Below, in pieces: positions 26,000 to 34,844 of a DNA stretch of 37,715 bases; within the stretch, counting starts at the first letter, position 1, and each line of letters begins with the position of its first letter. A program made the position numbers and the translations under genes. The notes beneath the pieces are model-generated. The model saw only the letters and a list, made by a program, of their open reading frames with translations. It was not told the origin of the DNA and searched no databases. Source of the DNA: Armatimonadota bacterium (GTDB lineage Bacteria > Sysuimicrobiota > Sysuimicrobiia > Sysuimicrobiales > Humicultoraceae); contig JBBIJB010000008.1 of NCBI GenBank assembly GCA_037446215.1, forward strand, positions 32,626-70,340. Reading direction: 5' to 3'.

Positions 26000-26968
26000 C
26001 TACTCCCTGCCCTGCCCCTTCGGCCCGAGATCCGCGGCCCAGGGCCGAGGGGCCTGGAGGTGGCCGAGCGAGCCGTAGAGGCGCTGGATCAGCTCCCACT
26101 GCTCCGGCTCGTAGAAGCTGCAGGCACCGCGGCCAAACGCCTTGGCTGTCTCCACGCAGAGCCGCGCGGCCATCTCGATGTCGGCAATCTGGCTGGCTCC
26201 GGTGGCCGGCCCGGGCACCGCTACCTCCGCGGTGAGTGCCAGGCCTATCACGGGGGCGGCGGTCACCGTGGAAGGCTGCAGGATGCTGTTGAGGTGGTAA
26301 ATGCCGTTGCCGTAGGGGGTTATGTCCTGGATCGTGATGGCAAAGACCACCGGCGGGCGGCCGGTGACGGCCTCCATTATCGAGAGCACGTCATCGCTGA
26401 CGCGCAGTATGTAGCCCTCCTTCACGGTCGGTGAGATCGCGATCCCTCTGTGGTTGATCACCCGGTTGCCTCGGGTGGTGTCTACCGAAACGATGGCGTC
26501 CATCTCGGGGTCGGTCAGGCCGCGGGCCAGCACGTCGACACCGACCGGCGAGCTCATGAATGGGACCGGGCGGTGCGGGATGGTGGGCGCGTTGGGACAG
26601 ATGTGCGTGGTCACGATGACGTCGCCGCTCAGGCGGTCACCCGCCCTGACCATGTCGGCGATCTTCAGGGCCGCCGCGGTCGCCACCACCGCGCCGTCGG
26701 CGTCGGAAACGAGGCCGATCTGGGTGGGTCGCGCTCCGATCCCTCCCAGGAAGCCGATGATGCCGAGCGTGGGAGCCGCGCCGCCGGCCCGCCGCCCCTC
26801 GGTACCCGGAACGAAGGCCCTGACCGCCTCTGTGTGACCGGTGCTCCCCTCGAGGCGGCGCGCCGCCGCGTCTAGGCCCCGCTCTCGCAGGAGCGCCGCG
26901 ACCGACTCTCCGCTCACGCTGGCGGAGTCGAGCAGCTCATACGCCTCAATGGCCTGCTTCATCGCCAA
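26000..26968 (-). CDS. DUF1177 family protein
   Basis: LGGIGARP, VSDADGA, TTHICPNAPT, VPFMSSP, DTTRGNR, QDITPYGNG.YHLNSILQP motifs. Confidence 0.8.
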   Translation of the reverse strand: MAMKQAIEAYELLDSASVSGESVAALLRERGLDAAARRLEGSTGHTEAVRAFVPGTEGRRAGGAAPTLGIIGFLGGIGARPTQIGLVSDADGAVVATAAALKIADMVRAGDRLSGDVIVTTHICPNAPTIPHRPVPFMSSPVGVDVLARGLTDPEMDAIVSVDTTRGNRVINHRGIAISPTVKEGYILRVSDDVLSIMEAVTGRPPVVFAITIQDITPYGNGIYHLNSILQPSTVTAAPVIGLALTAEVAVPGPATGASQIADIEMAARLCVETAKAFGRGACSFYEPEQWELIQRLYGSLGHLQAPRPWAADLGPKGQGRE

Positions 26969-27018
26969 CTCGGATCACCTCGCGCGCCGGTGGATCGAAC
27001 GCTCGCCCAGATCCGGCG

Positions 27019-28089
27019 TCATTTGAAAGCGTACGGGATCAGGCTCTTGCCGGTCACCTGCTCTGCGACGCGGAACAGCTCGGGATCGCGCATGCCGGCC
27101 CCGAGCCGCAGCGCCTCCTTCGGGGCGGCGACTACGGCCACCCTCTGCCCTTTGCGGATTGCCGAGGTGGCAAGCGGCAGCCCCCGGTCATCCAGCGTTG
27201 CTATGAGGTCCGGGAAGGTGGCCAGGCGGCGCCCATCCCGCTCGAGGGTCATGTACTCGTTCCAGAAGGCGAGCTCGCACCTGGCCTCGCCGTCGATCTC
27301 CACAACGCCCCTGTCGAACCCGCCGGTGGTCTCCAGGGAGAGCCCTACCACCGAGCCCACCTCGATCACGCTGCCGCCGACGGCCTGCGCGGCGGCCTCC
27401 CACGCGGCGGCCGCGCCCTTCGGGATCGCCTCCAGCAGCGCGCTGCCCGCGCGCAGCGCCATCGATACGGCGCCGGGCGCACCGTGGGAGGCAAGGTAGC
27501 GCGCCTCCACGGGATTCCTGGCCACGGCCACCAACCCGCCGGCCTGTATCGAGGCCTGGCGGACCAGCGCTGAGGCGACCTCCACCGGGGCCGTGACCGT
27601 TATCTCCAGATGCCTGGTGCCTGGGGCGCCGCCGACCGCGGCCTGGAGTGACGAGTAGCCGCTCACGCGGTGCAGTCCCATCGCGCCCATCACCGCCGTG
27701 GGGTGCGCCCGGCCGTTGCACGGCGCGTCGACCAGCGGCAGGCCGAGCGCCGCGGACTGTACCCATCCGTTGACCGACGCGAAGCCGCCGTTCTCGTTGC
27801 CGTTCAGCGCGTCGATCCGCAGCGAGAAGCGCTCCGAGAGGAGGCGTACCGACCGGACCAGGTCTTCCACGGCGACGTACTGGTCCGGAGCCGAAGGCGC
27901 GCCCACGAGCGCGACGGTGACGACAACGGCGTCCGGCGCGAGCTCCTCTACCTCCACGAGGCGCGGCGCTCCTGCCTCCAGGGCCGTCCGGGCGAACCTG
28001 CGGCCCTCGTCGGGGTCGCCGCCGCCCCCACCTCCCAGGAGCGCGCCGCCCAGCACGAGCGGCTCTATGTGGCCGGCCTCCAGCCTCAT
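27019..28089 (-). CDS. DUF917 family protein (thiohydantoin desulfurase-like family)
   Basis: GGALLGGGGGG, VGAPSA, ENGG, DAPCNGRAHPT, GGFDRG, FWNEYM, FPDLI motifs; ATG 28089 overlaps the racemase TGA. Confidence 0.82.
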   Translation of the reverse strand: MRLEAGHIEPLVLGGALLGGGGGGDPDEGRRFARTALEAGAPRLVEVEELAPDAVVVTVALVGAPSAPDQYVAVEDLVRSVRLLSERFSLRIDALNGNENGGFASVNGWVQSAALGLPLVDAPCNGRAHPTAVMGAMGLHRVSGYSSLQAAVGGAPGTRHLEITVTAPVEVASALVRQASIQAGGLVAVARNPVEARYLASHGAPGAVSMALRAGSALLEAIPKGAAAAWEAAAQAVGGSVIEVGSVVGLSLETTGGFDRGVVEIDGEARCELAFWNEYMTLERDGRRLATFPDLIATLDDRGLPLATSAIRKGQRVAVVAAPKEALRLGAGMRDPELFRVAEQVTGKSLIPYAFK

Positions 28090-28784
28090 CGCTTGGGCCT
28101 GTACCCCGACACCTTGCTCGTCCGGAGCCCCGCGGAAGCCAGAGCGCACGCCAGCGTGAAGGCGGCGGCGACGGGATCTATGACTGGGAGTCCCAGCTCC
28201 TGCTGGAGGCGGTCGGCGGCACCGGCGAGCGCCGCGCATCCCAGGATCACCGCTTCGGCGTTATCCTCGTCCCTGGCCGCCCGGGCCTGGTCGCGGATCA
28301 CGGCCATGCATCCCTGGGGGTCGTCGTGCATCTCCTGCACCGAGCGCTGCACCGAGCGCCATGCGCATATGCGGTGCTCCATCCCGACGCGCCGCACGTT
28401 CTCAGACATCTTCGGGACCCACTTCCTGTCGCCGACCAGTACCGCGATCCGCGAGGCCACCAGGCTTCCGAGGAGGAAGCTGGCCTCTCCGACGCCTACG
28501 ACCGGGACCTCCAGGACCTCGCGCAGCTCCCACATGCCGGGATCGTAGAAGCAGCCGACGCTGACCGCGCCGATCCCATGCTCGGTCACGTACCCTGGGA
28601 GGATCCGCAGCATCTCTCCCACGGCCGCGTGTTCGTACACGAAGTGCTCCAGGTCCGCCGGCCCGTCCGGGAGATCGATCACGTGGACCTCCACGCCCCG
28701 GACCAGCGGCTCGAGGTGCGCCCGAACCTGCTCAAGTCGGCCGGGGCGGGCCCGGACCGGTACCACGTGGAGAACCGCACCCAT
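28086..28784 (-). CDS. Hydantoin racemase / Asp-Glu racemase family protein
   Basis: Two catalytic-Cys motifs (VGCFYDPG, ILGCAAL), PVVGVGEAS, PVIDP. Confidence 0.85.
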   Translation of the reverse strand: MGAVLHVVPVRARPGRLEQVRAHLEPLVRGVEVHVIDLPDGPADLEHFVYEHAAVGEMLRILPGYVTEHGIGAVSVGCFYDPGMWELREVLEVPVVGVGEASFLLGSLVASRIAVLVGDRKWVPKMSENVRRVGMEHRICAWRSVQRSVQEMHDDPQGCMAVIRDQARAARDEDNAEAVILGCAALAGAADRLQQELGLPVIDPVAAAFTLACALASAGLRTSKVSGYRPKR

Positions 28785-28802
28785 CGGTAGCTACCTCACC
28801 CG

Positions 28803-29867
28803 TCAGTATCCGGGAACGCCCAGCTCGCGGCAGGCCTCGGCTATCTCGGGATGGACATACCGGCCCGCCTCCTCCAGGGGCTGCCCGTCGAGGATCACTG
28901 AGGGGCTCAGCATGACCCCGTCGGTGTGAGCCGCCGCCTTCCATCCCACCGCCTTCATCTGAGGCCCCTGGGTGCCGATGCCGATGGTCACGCAGCCGAA
29001 GAGACGCTCGTCCTCGACGATCCGCCCCGTTGGCTTGGTCACCCCGTTGTTGAAGCCCAGGGAGTAGTGGGCGATGCGGTACATGTTGGGATCGCCCAGC
29101 GACGCGAGCCACCTCTCGTAGATCCGCGCCTCGCTTCCACCGTCGAGCCCGGTGACCACACCCTTCTCCACGGTGAGGCCCACGGGCGACCGCACCGCGC
29201 CGATCTCGGCGGGCGGCCAGATGGCGCCGTCGAAGACGATCCTCCCGTTGATGGTCTCCTCGATCGGACACCAGGAGACCTGGCCTCCGAGCATGATCGG
29301 CTCGCCCGGCGTGTCGGCCAGCTTGCCTGAGTGGCGAACGTACCTGCCGCCGTTGTCGGCCACCAGGTCGGTGCCGGCGGGCGAGGTTATCCTGACCTCC
29401 CTGGCGGCGGAGAGCAGACGGACCAGCGCCTCGCCCATCGCCACCATCTTGGGGTAGTTGACCCTGCCGACGGACCGGACCATCAGGTCGACGTCCATGC
29501 CTGATAGGCAGATGTACCTGGTGCCCTGCTCCATGGCGCGGCGATAGGCGTTGGAGTAGAGCGCGTATCCGACGGCGTACTCGATCCAGACGTCGGCCTC
29601 CGCGATCGCGGCGGCGATAGGCCTGGGCGGCTCGACGCCGCTGCCAAGTACGGTCTGGTACCACAGCACGGACGGAACGGCACCCGCGGCGTAGGCGGCC
29701 TGCGCGGTCGCCTCAACCACGCGGGGGTCGCTGCTCGTGTCGGCCGTTATCGCGACGTGCTCGCCGGGCTTGGCTAGCATCACGTCCGCAACGAGCTTGC
29801 GGGCGGCGCCGGCCACCTCGTACGAGAGGTACTCCCTCAGCGTCTCGGTTCCGAGTGCGAACTCCAT
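28803..29867 (-). CDS. M29/aminopeptidase-T-fold metalloenzyme with atypical (NicX-like) metal ligands
   Basis: KPGEHVAITADT, ITSPAGTDL, NGRIVFDG, AHYSLGFN, EDER, HTDG. Confidence 0.7.
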   Translation of the reverse strand: MEFALGTETLREYLSYEVAGAARKLVADVMLAKPGEHVAITADTSSDPRVVEATAQAAYAAGAVPSVLWYQTVLGSGVEPPRPIAAAIAEADVWIEYAVGYALYSNAYRRAMEQGTRYICLSGMDVDLMVRSVGRVNYPKMVAMGEALVRLLSAAREVRITSPAGTDLVADNGGRYVRHSGKLADTPGEPIMLGGQVSWCPIEETINGRIVFDGAIWPPAEIGAVRSPVGLTVEKGVVTGLDGGSEARIYERWLASLGDPNMYRIAHYSLGFNNGVTKPTGRIVEDERLFGCVTIGIGTQGPQMKAVGWKAAAHTDGVMLSPSVILDGQPLEEAGRYVHPEIAEACRELGVPGY

Positions 29868-30919
29868 TCAGCTCCCTCCTCGCTCTCGCCGGCCCGAATC
29901 ACCTGGAGTCCATCGAACCAGACGTCCGGTTTGGGCAGGACGAAGTCCTGATGGTAGTCGGCCACGACCGTCCCTCCCATGTGCGAGCTGTCGCCCAGGG
30001 CCAGGTGGACCGTTCCCTTGATCTTCTCCGCCTCGACTGTTATGTCGGTGCGCCTGGCGTTGGGGTTGGTGCCGACGCCTAGCTCGGCCAGCATCCTCCG
30101 GGGTCTCGCCGCGTCTCCGCGTCCGGGCAGGTCCAGGATCCTGGCGATCTCAGCCCCGGCCGCGCCTCCCCCTTCGACGGCAACCGCTTCGCCCGAGTCG
30201 AGCCGTATGGTCATGGGTTCGGTCAGCCCGGGGTGCCATCCCGGCTCTACGACCAGATGCCCCGTGCCGGTGCCGTCCAGCGGCGCGCAGTAGGCCTCGC
30301 CCGCCGGGAGGTTGCCCCAGGTGCCCGGCGAGGTGTAGATGCCGCTGTCGCAGTACCCGTCCCGCCCCTCCACGCTGAACTCCACCTCTGTCCCCGCGGG
30401 GTTCGCGATCCTCACCTTCCGCGCGCCGGTTATGAGGCTGGCGATCCTCTGCGTCGCGGCCCCGATCGCGGCGTAGTCGGACGCCATCGGGCCGTCCGGG
30501 TAGAACATCTCGGGCAGGAACCGCGGCATGCTCGCCACCCTGGCGCCGCTCCGGCAGGCCTCCTCGCGCGCGTCCGTGTGCGACAGCGAGAACGAGGTGA
30601 TCATCATCACGACGTCCGCCTCGCGCATGGCCCGGGCGGTCTCCTCGGGAGGCTCGACCGCGCTGCGCCCTGTCGAGGGATAGGTTACGAAACCGACGGT
30701 GCACCCAGGGTTGGATTGGGCGGCGATCTCCGACACGATCCGCGCGAGGTATGCGCGGCGCAGCATCACCTCCACCGCCGCCGCGGGCATTCCCGCCCAC
30801 TGCTCCGGGGTCGGGAGGTCTGCTACGACCACGATACGCTCCCCCGTTCGCACGCCCATGTTGACCCGGAGCATCGCCTCCACTCCCGGGACGACCGCAT
30901 CTCTGTCAATCCACCGCAT
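29837..30919 (-). CDS. Leucyl aminopeptidase (M29/aminopeptidase T-like)
   Basis: GNLPAGE, AELGVGTN, EAEKIKGTVHLALG, HQD motifs; start at ATG 30919 after GGAGGAG (30931 also possible). Confidence 0.8.
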   Translation of the reverse strand: MRWIDRDAVVPGVEAMLRVNMGVRTGERIVVVADLPTPEQWAGMPAAAVEVMLRRAYLARIVSEIAAQSNPGCTVGFVTYPSTGRSAVEPPEETARAMREADVVMMITSFSLSHTDAREEACRSGARVASMPRFLPEMFYPDGPMASDYAAIGAATQRIASLITGARKVRIANPAGTEVEFSVEGRDGYCDSGIYTSPGTWGNLPAGEAYCAPLDGTGTGHLVVEPGWHPGLTEPMTIRLDSGEAVAVEGGGAAGAEIARILDLPGRGDAARPRRMLAELGVGTNPNARRTDITVEAEKIKGTVHLALGDSSHMGGTVVADYHQDFVLPKPDVWFDGLQVIRAGESEEGAEWSSHSEPRR

Positions 30920-31928
30920 CCGCTCCTCCATTGGGGTCCACCCCGCCGCAAGCCGGGGCGTAGAGTATGCACCGCACGTTGTGTCCCTGTGCGACCGAGA
31001 CCGGCTCCGGGACGATGCGATCGCACCCATCGATGCGCGCGTAGCACCGGGGATGAAACGGGCATCCCGAAGGGACGCGGGACGGGCTGGGCACCTCGCC
31101 GGTGAGCACGATCTTCTCCGGGATCAGGGCGCTCTCTTCGTCCGAGACCGTCGGGATGGCCGACAGCAGCGCTCTCGTGTAGGGGTGGACCGGCCGGGTG
31201 AAGAGATCCGCCGCCGGGGCCATCTCCACGATCCTGCCCAGATACATCACCGCTATGACGTCTGCGACGTTCCGCATCAGGCTGAGGTCGTGGGAGATCA
31301 CCAGGTAGGTCAGATGCATCTCGGCCTGGAGCCGCCTGAGCAACCCGATGATCTTGGCCTGCACCGACACGTCGAGCGCCGCGGTGGGTTCGTCGAGCAC
31401 GATGAACCTGGGGTGGAGCGCGAGTGCCCGGGCCACCGCCACGCGCTGGCGCTGGCCTCCGCTCAGCGAATGGGGGTAGCGCAGCATGAAGTCCCGGGGT
31501 GGGAGCTCGACTGTCTCGATCAGCTCCTCGACCCGCCGCCAGCGCTCCTTCGGCGTGCCGATCCTGTGGATCAGCAGGGGCTCCTCGATGATCTCCTTCA
31601 CGCGGTGGCGGGGATTGAGCGAGGAAGCGGGGTTCTGGAAGACGATCTGCGCCTGCCTCCTGAAGGGCCTCAGCGCCTCGTCGTCTAGCCCCGTGATCTC
31701 CTCCCCGTCGAAGAAGACCCTGCCGGCGGTCGGGGGCAACAGCCGGACCACCATCCTGGCCAGGGTAGTCTTGCCGGAGCCGGTCTCACCGACCAGGGCC
31801 AGGGTGGTTCCGGACTCAACCTGGATGCTCACGCCGTCCACCGCCTTGACATCGCCCACCTTTCGATGGAGGAGCCCCGCGGTGATCGGGAAGTGCTTGA
31901 CGATGCCCCTGGCCTCGACGAGGGCCAC
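30906..31928 (-). CDS. Peptide ABC transporter ATP-binding subunit (DppF/OppF-like)
   Basis: GETGSGKT, LSGGQRQR, LDEPT, ISHD, HPYT and C-terminal GCPFHPRC; GTG start at 31928. Confidence 0.92.
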   Translation of the reverse strand: MALVEARGIVKHFPITAGLLHRKVGDVKAVDGVSIQVESGTTLALVGETGSGKTTLARMVVRLLPPTAGRVFFDGEEITGLDDEALRPFRRQAQIVFQNPASSLNPRHRVKEIIEEPLLIHRIGTPKERWRRVEELIETVELPPRDFMLRYPHSLSGGQRQRVAVARALALHPRFIVLDEPTAALDVSVQAKIIGLLRRLQAEMHLTYLVISHDLSLMRNVADVIAVMYLGRIVEMAPAADLFTRPVHPYTRALLSAIPTVSDEESALIPEKIVLTGEVPSPSRVPSGCPFHPRCYARIDGCDRIVPEPVSVAQGHNVRCILYAPACGGVDPNGGADAVD

Positions 31929-32929
31929 TACCCGCCTCCCGGATATCCGCCGTACAGGTGGCACGCGACCTTCCGGCCCGGCTCGATCTCCACCACGGGC
32001 GGGGGCTGCCTGTCGCACACCTCCATGCGGGCGAAGCACCGCGGCGCGAAGCGGCAGCCCGGGGGCGGCGCTATGTAGTCTGGGATGCGTCCCTCTATGC
32101 CGCTTCCTATGGTTCCGGTGAGGCGAGGCACCGCCGCCAGCAGACCCTGGGAGTACGGGTGGTGCTGCATGCGGAACATCTCCGCGGTGGGGGCCACCTC
32201 GGCGATCTCGCCGCCGTACATCACGTAGATGCGGCCCGAGACCATGCGCGCTACGCCGAGGTTGTGGGTGATGTAGAGGACCGAGAGGCCCTGGCTGCGC
32301 ACGAGCTCGGTCAGCTCCCCCAGGATCTGGTCCTGGACCGACACGTCGAGCGCGGTCCCGAGCTCGTCCGCTATCAGCAGCTCCGGCCGGCCTGCCAGCG
32401 CGAGGGCGATGAGCACCCGCTGCCGCATGCCGCCCGAGAGCTCGACCGGGTAGCGGTTGAGCATCCCTTCGGGATCCGGGATCCGGACGAGGCGCAGCAG
32501 CTCTATGCTCCTCGCCCGGATGTCGCCGCCCCGCCGCCGCGGGTAGGCGCGAGCCGCGCCCTGCCAGACGATCACATCGCCGAGCTGCTCGCCCACGGTG
32601 AACACGGGGTTGAGCGCCGTGGAAGGGTCCTGGAAGACCATCGCTATCTGGCGGCCGCGTATCGCGCGGATCTCGGGCTCCGGAAGCCGCAGCAGATCCC
32701 GGCCCTTGAAGCTCACGCTCCCCGAGACGACCTCGGCATTCGGGGGGAGCAGCCCCATGATCGCCTTCGCCGTCACCGACTTCCCGCAGCCGGTCTCGCC
32801 GACCAGCGCGACGCTCTCGCCCCTGGCTATCGAGAGGTCTACGCCGTTGATGGTGCGGGCGCGCCCCTCGTAGGTGAGCAGGTGTATTCCCAGCGCCTTG
32901 ACCTCGAGCAGCGGTCGGTCCATCGTCAC
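31928..32929 (-). CDS. Peptide ABC transporter ATP-binding subunit (DppD/OppD-like)
   Basis: GETGCGKS, FQDP, LSGGMRQR, IADE, ITHN, HPYS, GCRFAPRC. Confidence 0.92.
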   Translation of the reverse strand: MTMDRPLLEVKALGIHLLTYEGRARTINGVDLSIARGESVALVGETGCGKSVTAKAIMGLLPPNAEVVSGSVSFKGRDLLRLPEPEIRAIRGRQIAMVFQDPSTALNPVFTVGEQLGDVIVWQGAARAYPRRRGGDIRARSIELLRLVRIPDPEGMLNRYPVELSGGMRQRVLIALALAGRPELLIADELGTALDVSVQDQILGELTELVRSQGLSVLYITHNLGVARMVSGRIYVMYGGEIAEVAPTAEMFRMQHHPYSQGLLAAVPRLTGTIGSGIEGRIPDYIAPPPGCRFAPRCFARMEVCDRQPPPVVEIEPGRKVACHLYGGYPGGG

Positions 32930-33788
32930 GACCCCGTCCGCCACTGCTCGATGTGAACGTCGAAGACGTCGCGCAGGCCGTCCCCGAGCAGGTTGAAGCC
33001 GAGTACCGCCACGAAGATCGCGAGCCCTGGGAAGGTCGCCGCCCACCAGTAGCCCGGCAGGTAGTTGCGCCCCTCGGCTATCATCGTGCCCCACTCCGGC
33101 GTCGGAGGCTGCGCGCCCAACCCCAGGAAGCTCAGCCCCGACGCGGTCAGGATGACGAAGCCCATGTCCAGGGTGGCCTTTATCAGGATGGGCGACCAGA
33201 CGTTGGGGAGGATCTCGCGAAAGGCGATCCGCATCGGCCCGGCGCCGAGGCCGCGGCTCGCCTCGACGAACTGCTCCTCGCGAAGCGAGAGCACCTGCCC
33301 GTAGACGAGGCGCGTGTACCAGGGCCACCAGGCGAAGGAGATCGCGAGCATCGCGTTGGTCAGGTTGGGCCGGAGCGCGGCGGTCACCGCAAGCGCCAGG
33401 GCGATCGGCGGCACGGCCAGGAAGACGTCGGTGACCCGCATGATCGAGCTGCCTACCCGACCGCCCCAGTAGCCGGCCACGAGGCCGAGCGGAACGCCGA
33501 TGACCACCGACAGGACAAGGACCGCGGTGCCCAGCGAGATCGAGATGCGTGCCCCGAGAGGACGTCGCGCCCGGCGTCGTCGGTTCCCATGACGTAGGTC
33601 CGCGACGGGGGCTTGAGGCTCGCCTCGAAGTTGACGAACGACCCGGCGTGCCGGGGATGGGGCGCTATGTACGGGGCCAGGAGGGCCGCGCCGACGATGA
33701 CGACCACTATCGCCAGCCCCAACACCGACAGGGTCGACTGGCGGAAGCGGAACCACATCTTCCCCCACTCGGCCGCCCGCGTCGTCAT
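32926..33788 (-). pseudogene. Peptide ABC permease (DppC/OppC-like), frameshifted near 33556
   Basis: N-part (from 33788) reads ...MGTDDAGRDVLS; C-part in another frame reads GARISISLG...EQFVEASRGLGA...GLSFLGLG..PPTPEWG..FNLLGDGLRD; the usual RxxY/F linker is missing. Confidence 0.85.
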
Positions 33789-34795
33789 CTCTCCCCGTAC
33801 CTCACCCTGGGGTCGATGTACCCGTAGAGGATGTCGACCAGCAGGTTCACGAGCGCGAACGCCATCCCCACTACCAGCGTCACCGCGATGACGCCGTTGA
33901 AGTCCTTGAAGAGAAGCGCGTCCACCCCGTAGAAGGCCAGGCCCGGCCAGGCGAAGACGTACTCGACGAGAAACGCGTTGCCGAGCAGGAAGCCGTAGCT
34001 GAGGCCTATGATCGTGAGCGTCGCCGTGAAGGCGTTCTTGAGAAGGTACTTGTAGACGATCAGGTTGGAGGGAAGACCGTAGGAGCGGGCGGCGAGCGCG
34101 TAGTCCCGCCTCGTCTCGTCTATCATGCTGGCCCTGATCAGCCGCATTATCTGCGCCAGCGTGCCTACCGACAGCGCAAAGGCGGGCATCGCGATGTGCT
34201 TGGCGGAGATCAGGAAGGACCGGAAGTCGAGCACGATCAGGCTGTCGACCAGGTAGAGACCGGTGATCGCCACGGGCGGCGCCGGGCCGCGCCCGATCGT
34301 CGGCAGCAGGCCCAGCTTGTAGGCAAAGAGGATCTGGAGGAGGATCGCGAGCCAGAACCGCGGCAGCGCGACCCCACCGAGCGCAATGAGCCTGCTGGCG
34401 TGATCCCCGACGGAGTCCTTCTTGACGGCCGAGACGATACCCAGGGGCACTCCGACGGCGATCGATATCAGCATCGCTACGGTCGTCAACTCCAGGGTGG
34501 CCGGGAAGAAGTCCAGCAGGTCCTTGGTGACGTTGCGGTGCGTGCGCAGCGAGTAGCCGAAGTCCCCGCGCAACAGCCCCCCCACGTAGTTCAGGTACTG
34601 GACGTGCAGCGGCCGGTCCAGCCCCATCTGATGCCGGAGTTGCTCCACCTGCTCGATCGTGGCCTCGGTTCCCAGGGCCAGGCGCACCGGGTCTCCCGGG
34701 ATGACGCGGGAGATGGCGAAGATGAGGATAGAAAGCCCCACCATAACCGGGATGATGTGCAGGATTCTCCTGAGCAGGTATGTCCGGAAGCTCAT
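33785..34795 (-). CDS. Peptide ABC permease (DppB/OppB-like)
   Basis: PGDP, GLDRP, GDFGYS, FPATLEL, AARSYG (EAA region), VEYVFAWPGL, IDPRVR. Confidence 0.92.
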   Translation of the reverse strand: MSFRTYLLRRILHIIPVMVGLSILIFAISRVIPGDPVRLALGTEATIEQVEQLRHQMGLDRPLHVQYLNYVGGLLRGDFGYSLRTHRNVTKDLLDFFPATLELTTVAMLISIAVGVPLGIVSAVKKDSVGDHASRLIALGGVALPRFWLAILLQILFAYKLGLLPTIGRGPAPPVAITGLYLVDSLIVLDFRSFLISAKHIAMPAFALSVGTLAQIMRLIRASMIDETRRDYALAARSYGLPSNLIVYKYLLKNAFTATLTIIGLSYGFLLGNAFLVEYVFAWPGLAFYGVDALLFKDFNGVIAVTLVVGMAFALVNLLVDILYGYIDPRVRYGER

Positions 34796-34844
34796 CGCTC
34801 TGCGGCCCGGAGGGGGTGGCTACAGGCCACCCCCTCCTCGCTGC

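Noticed and set aside
33545..33570. Programmed ribosomal frameshift or phase variation in dppC
   Set aside because: No slippery heptamer or long repeat tract, and conserved residues are physically missing, so recoding would not restore the protein.
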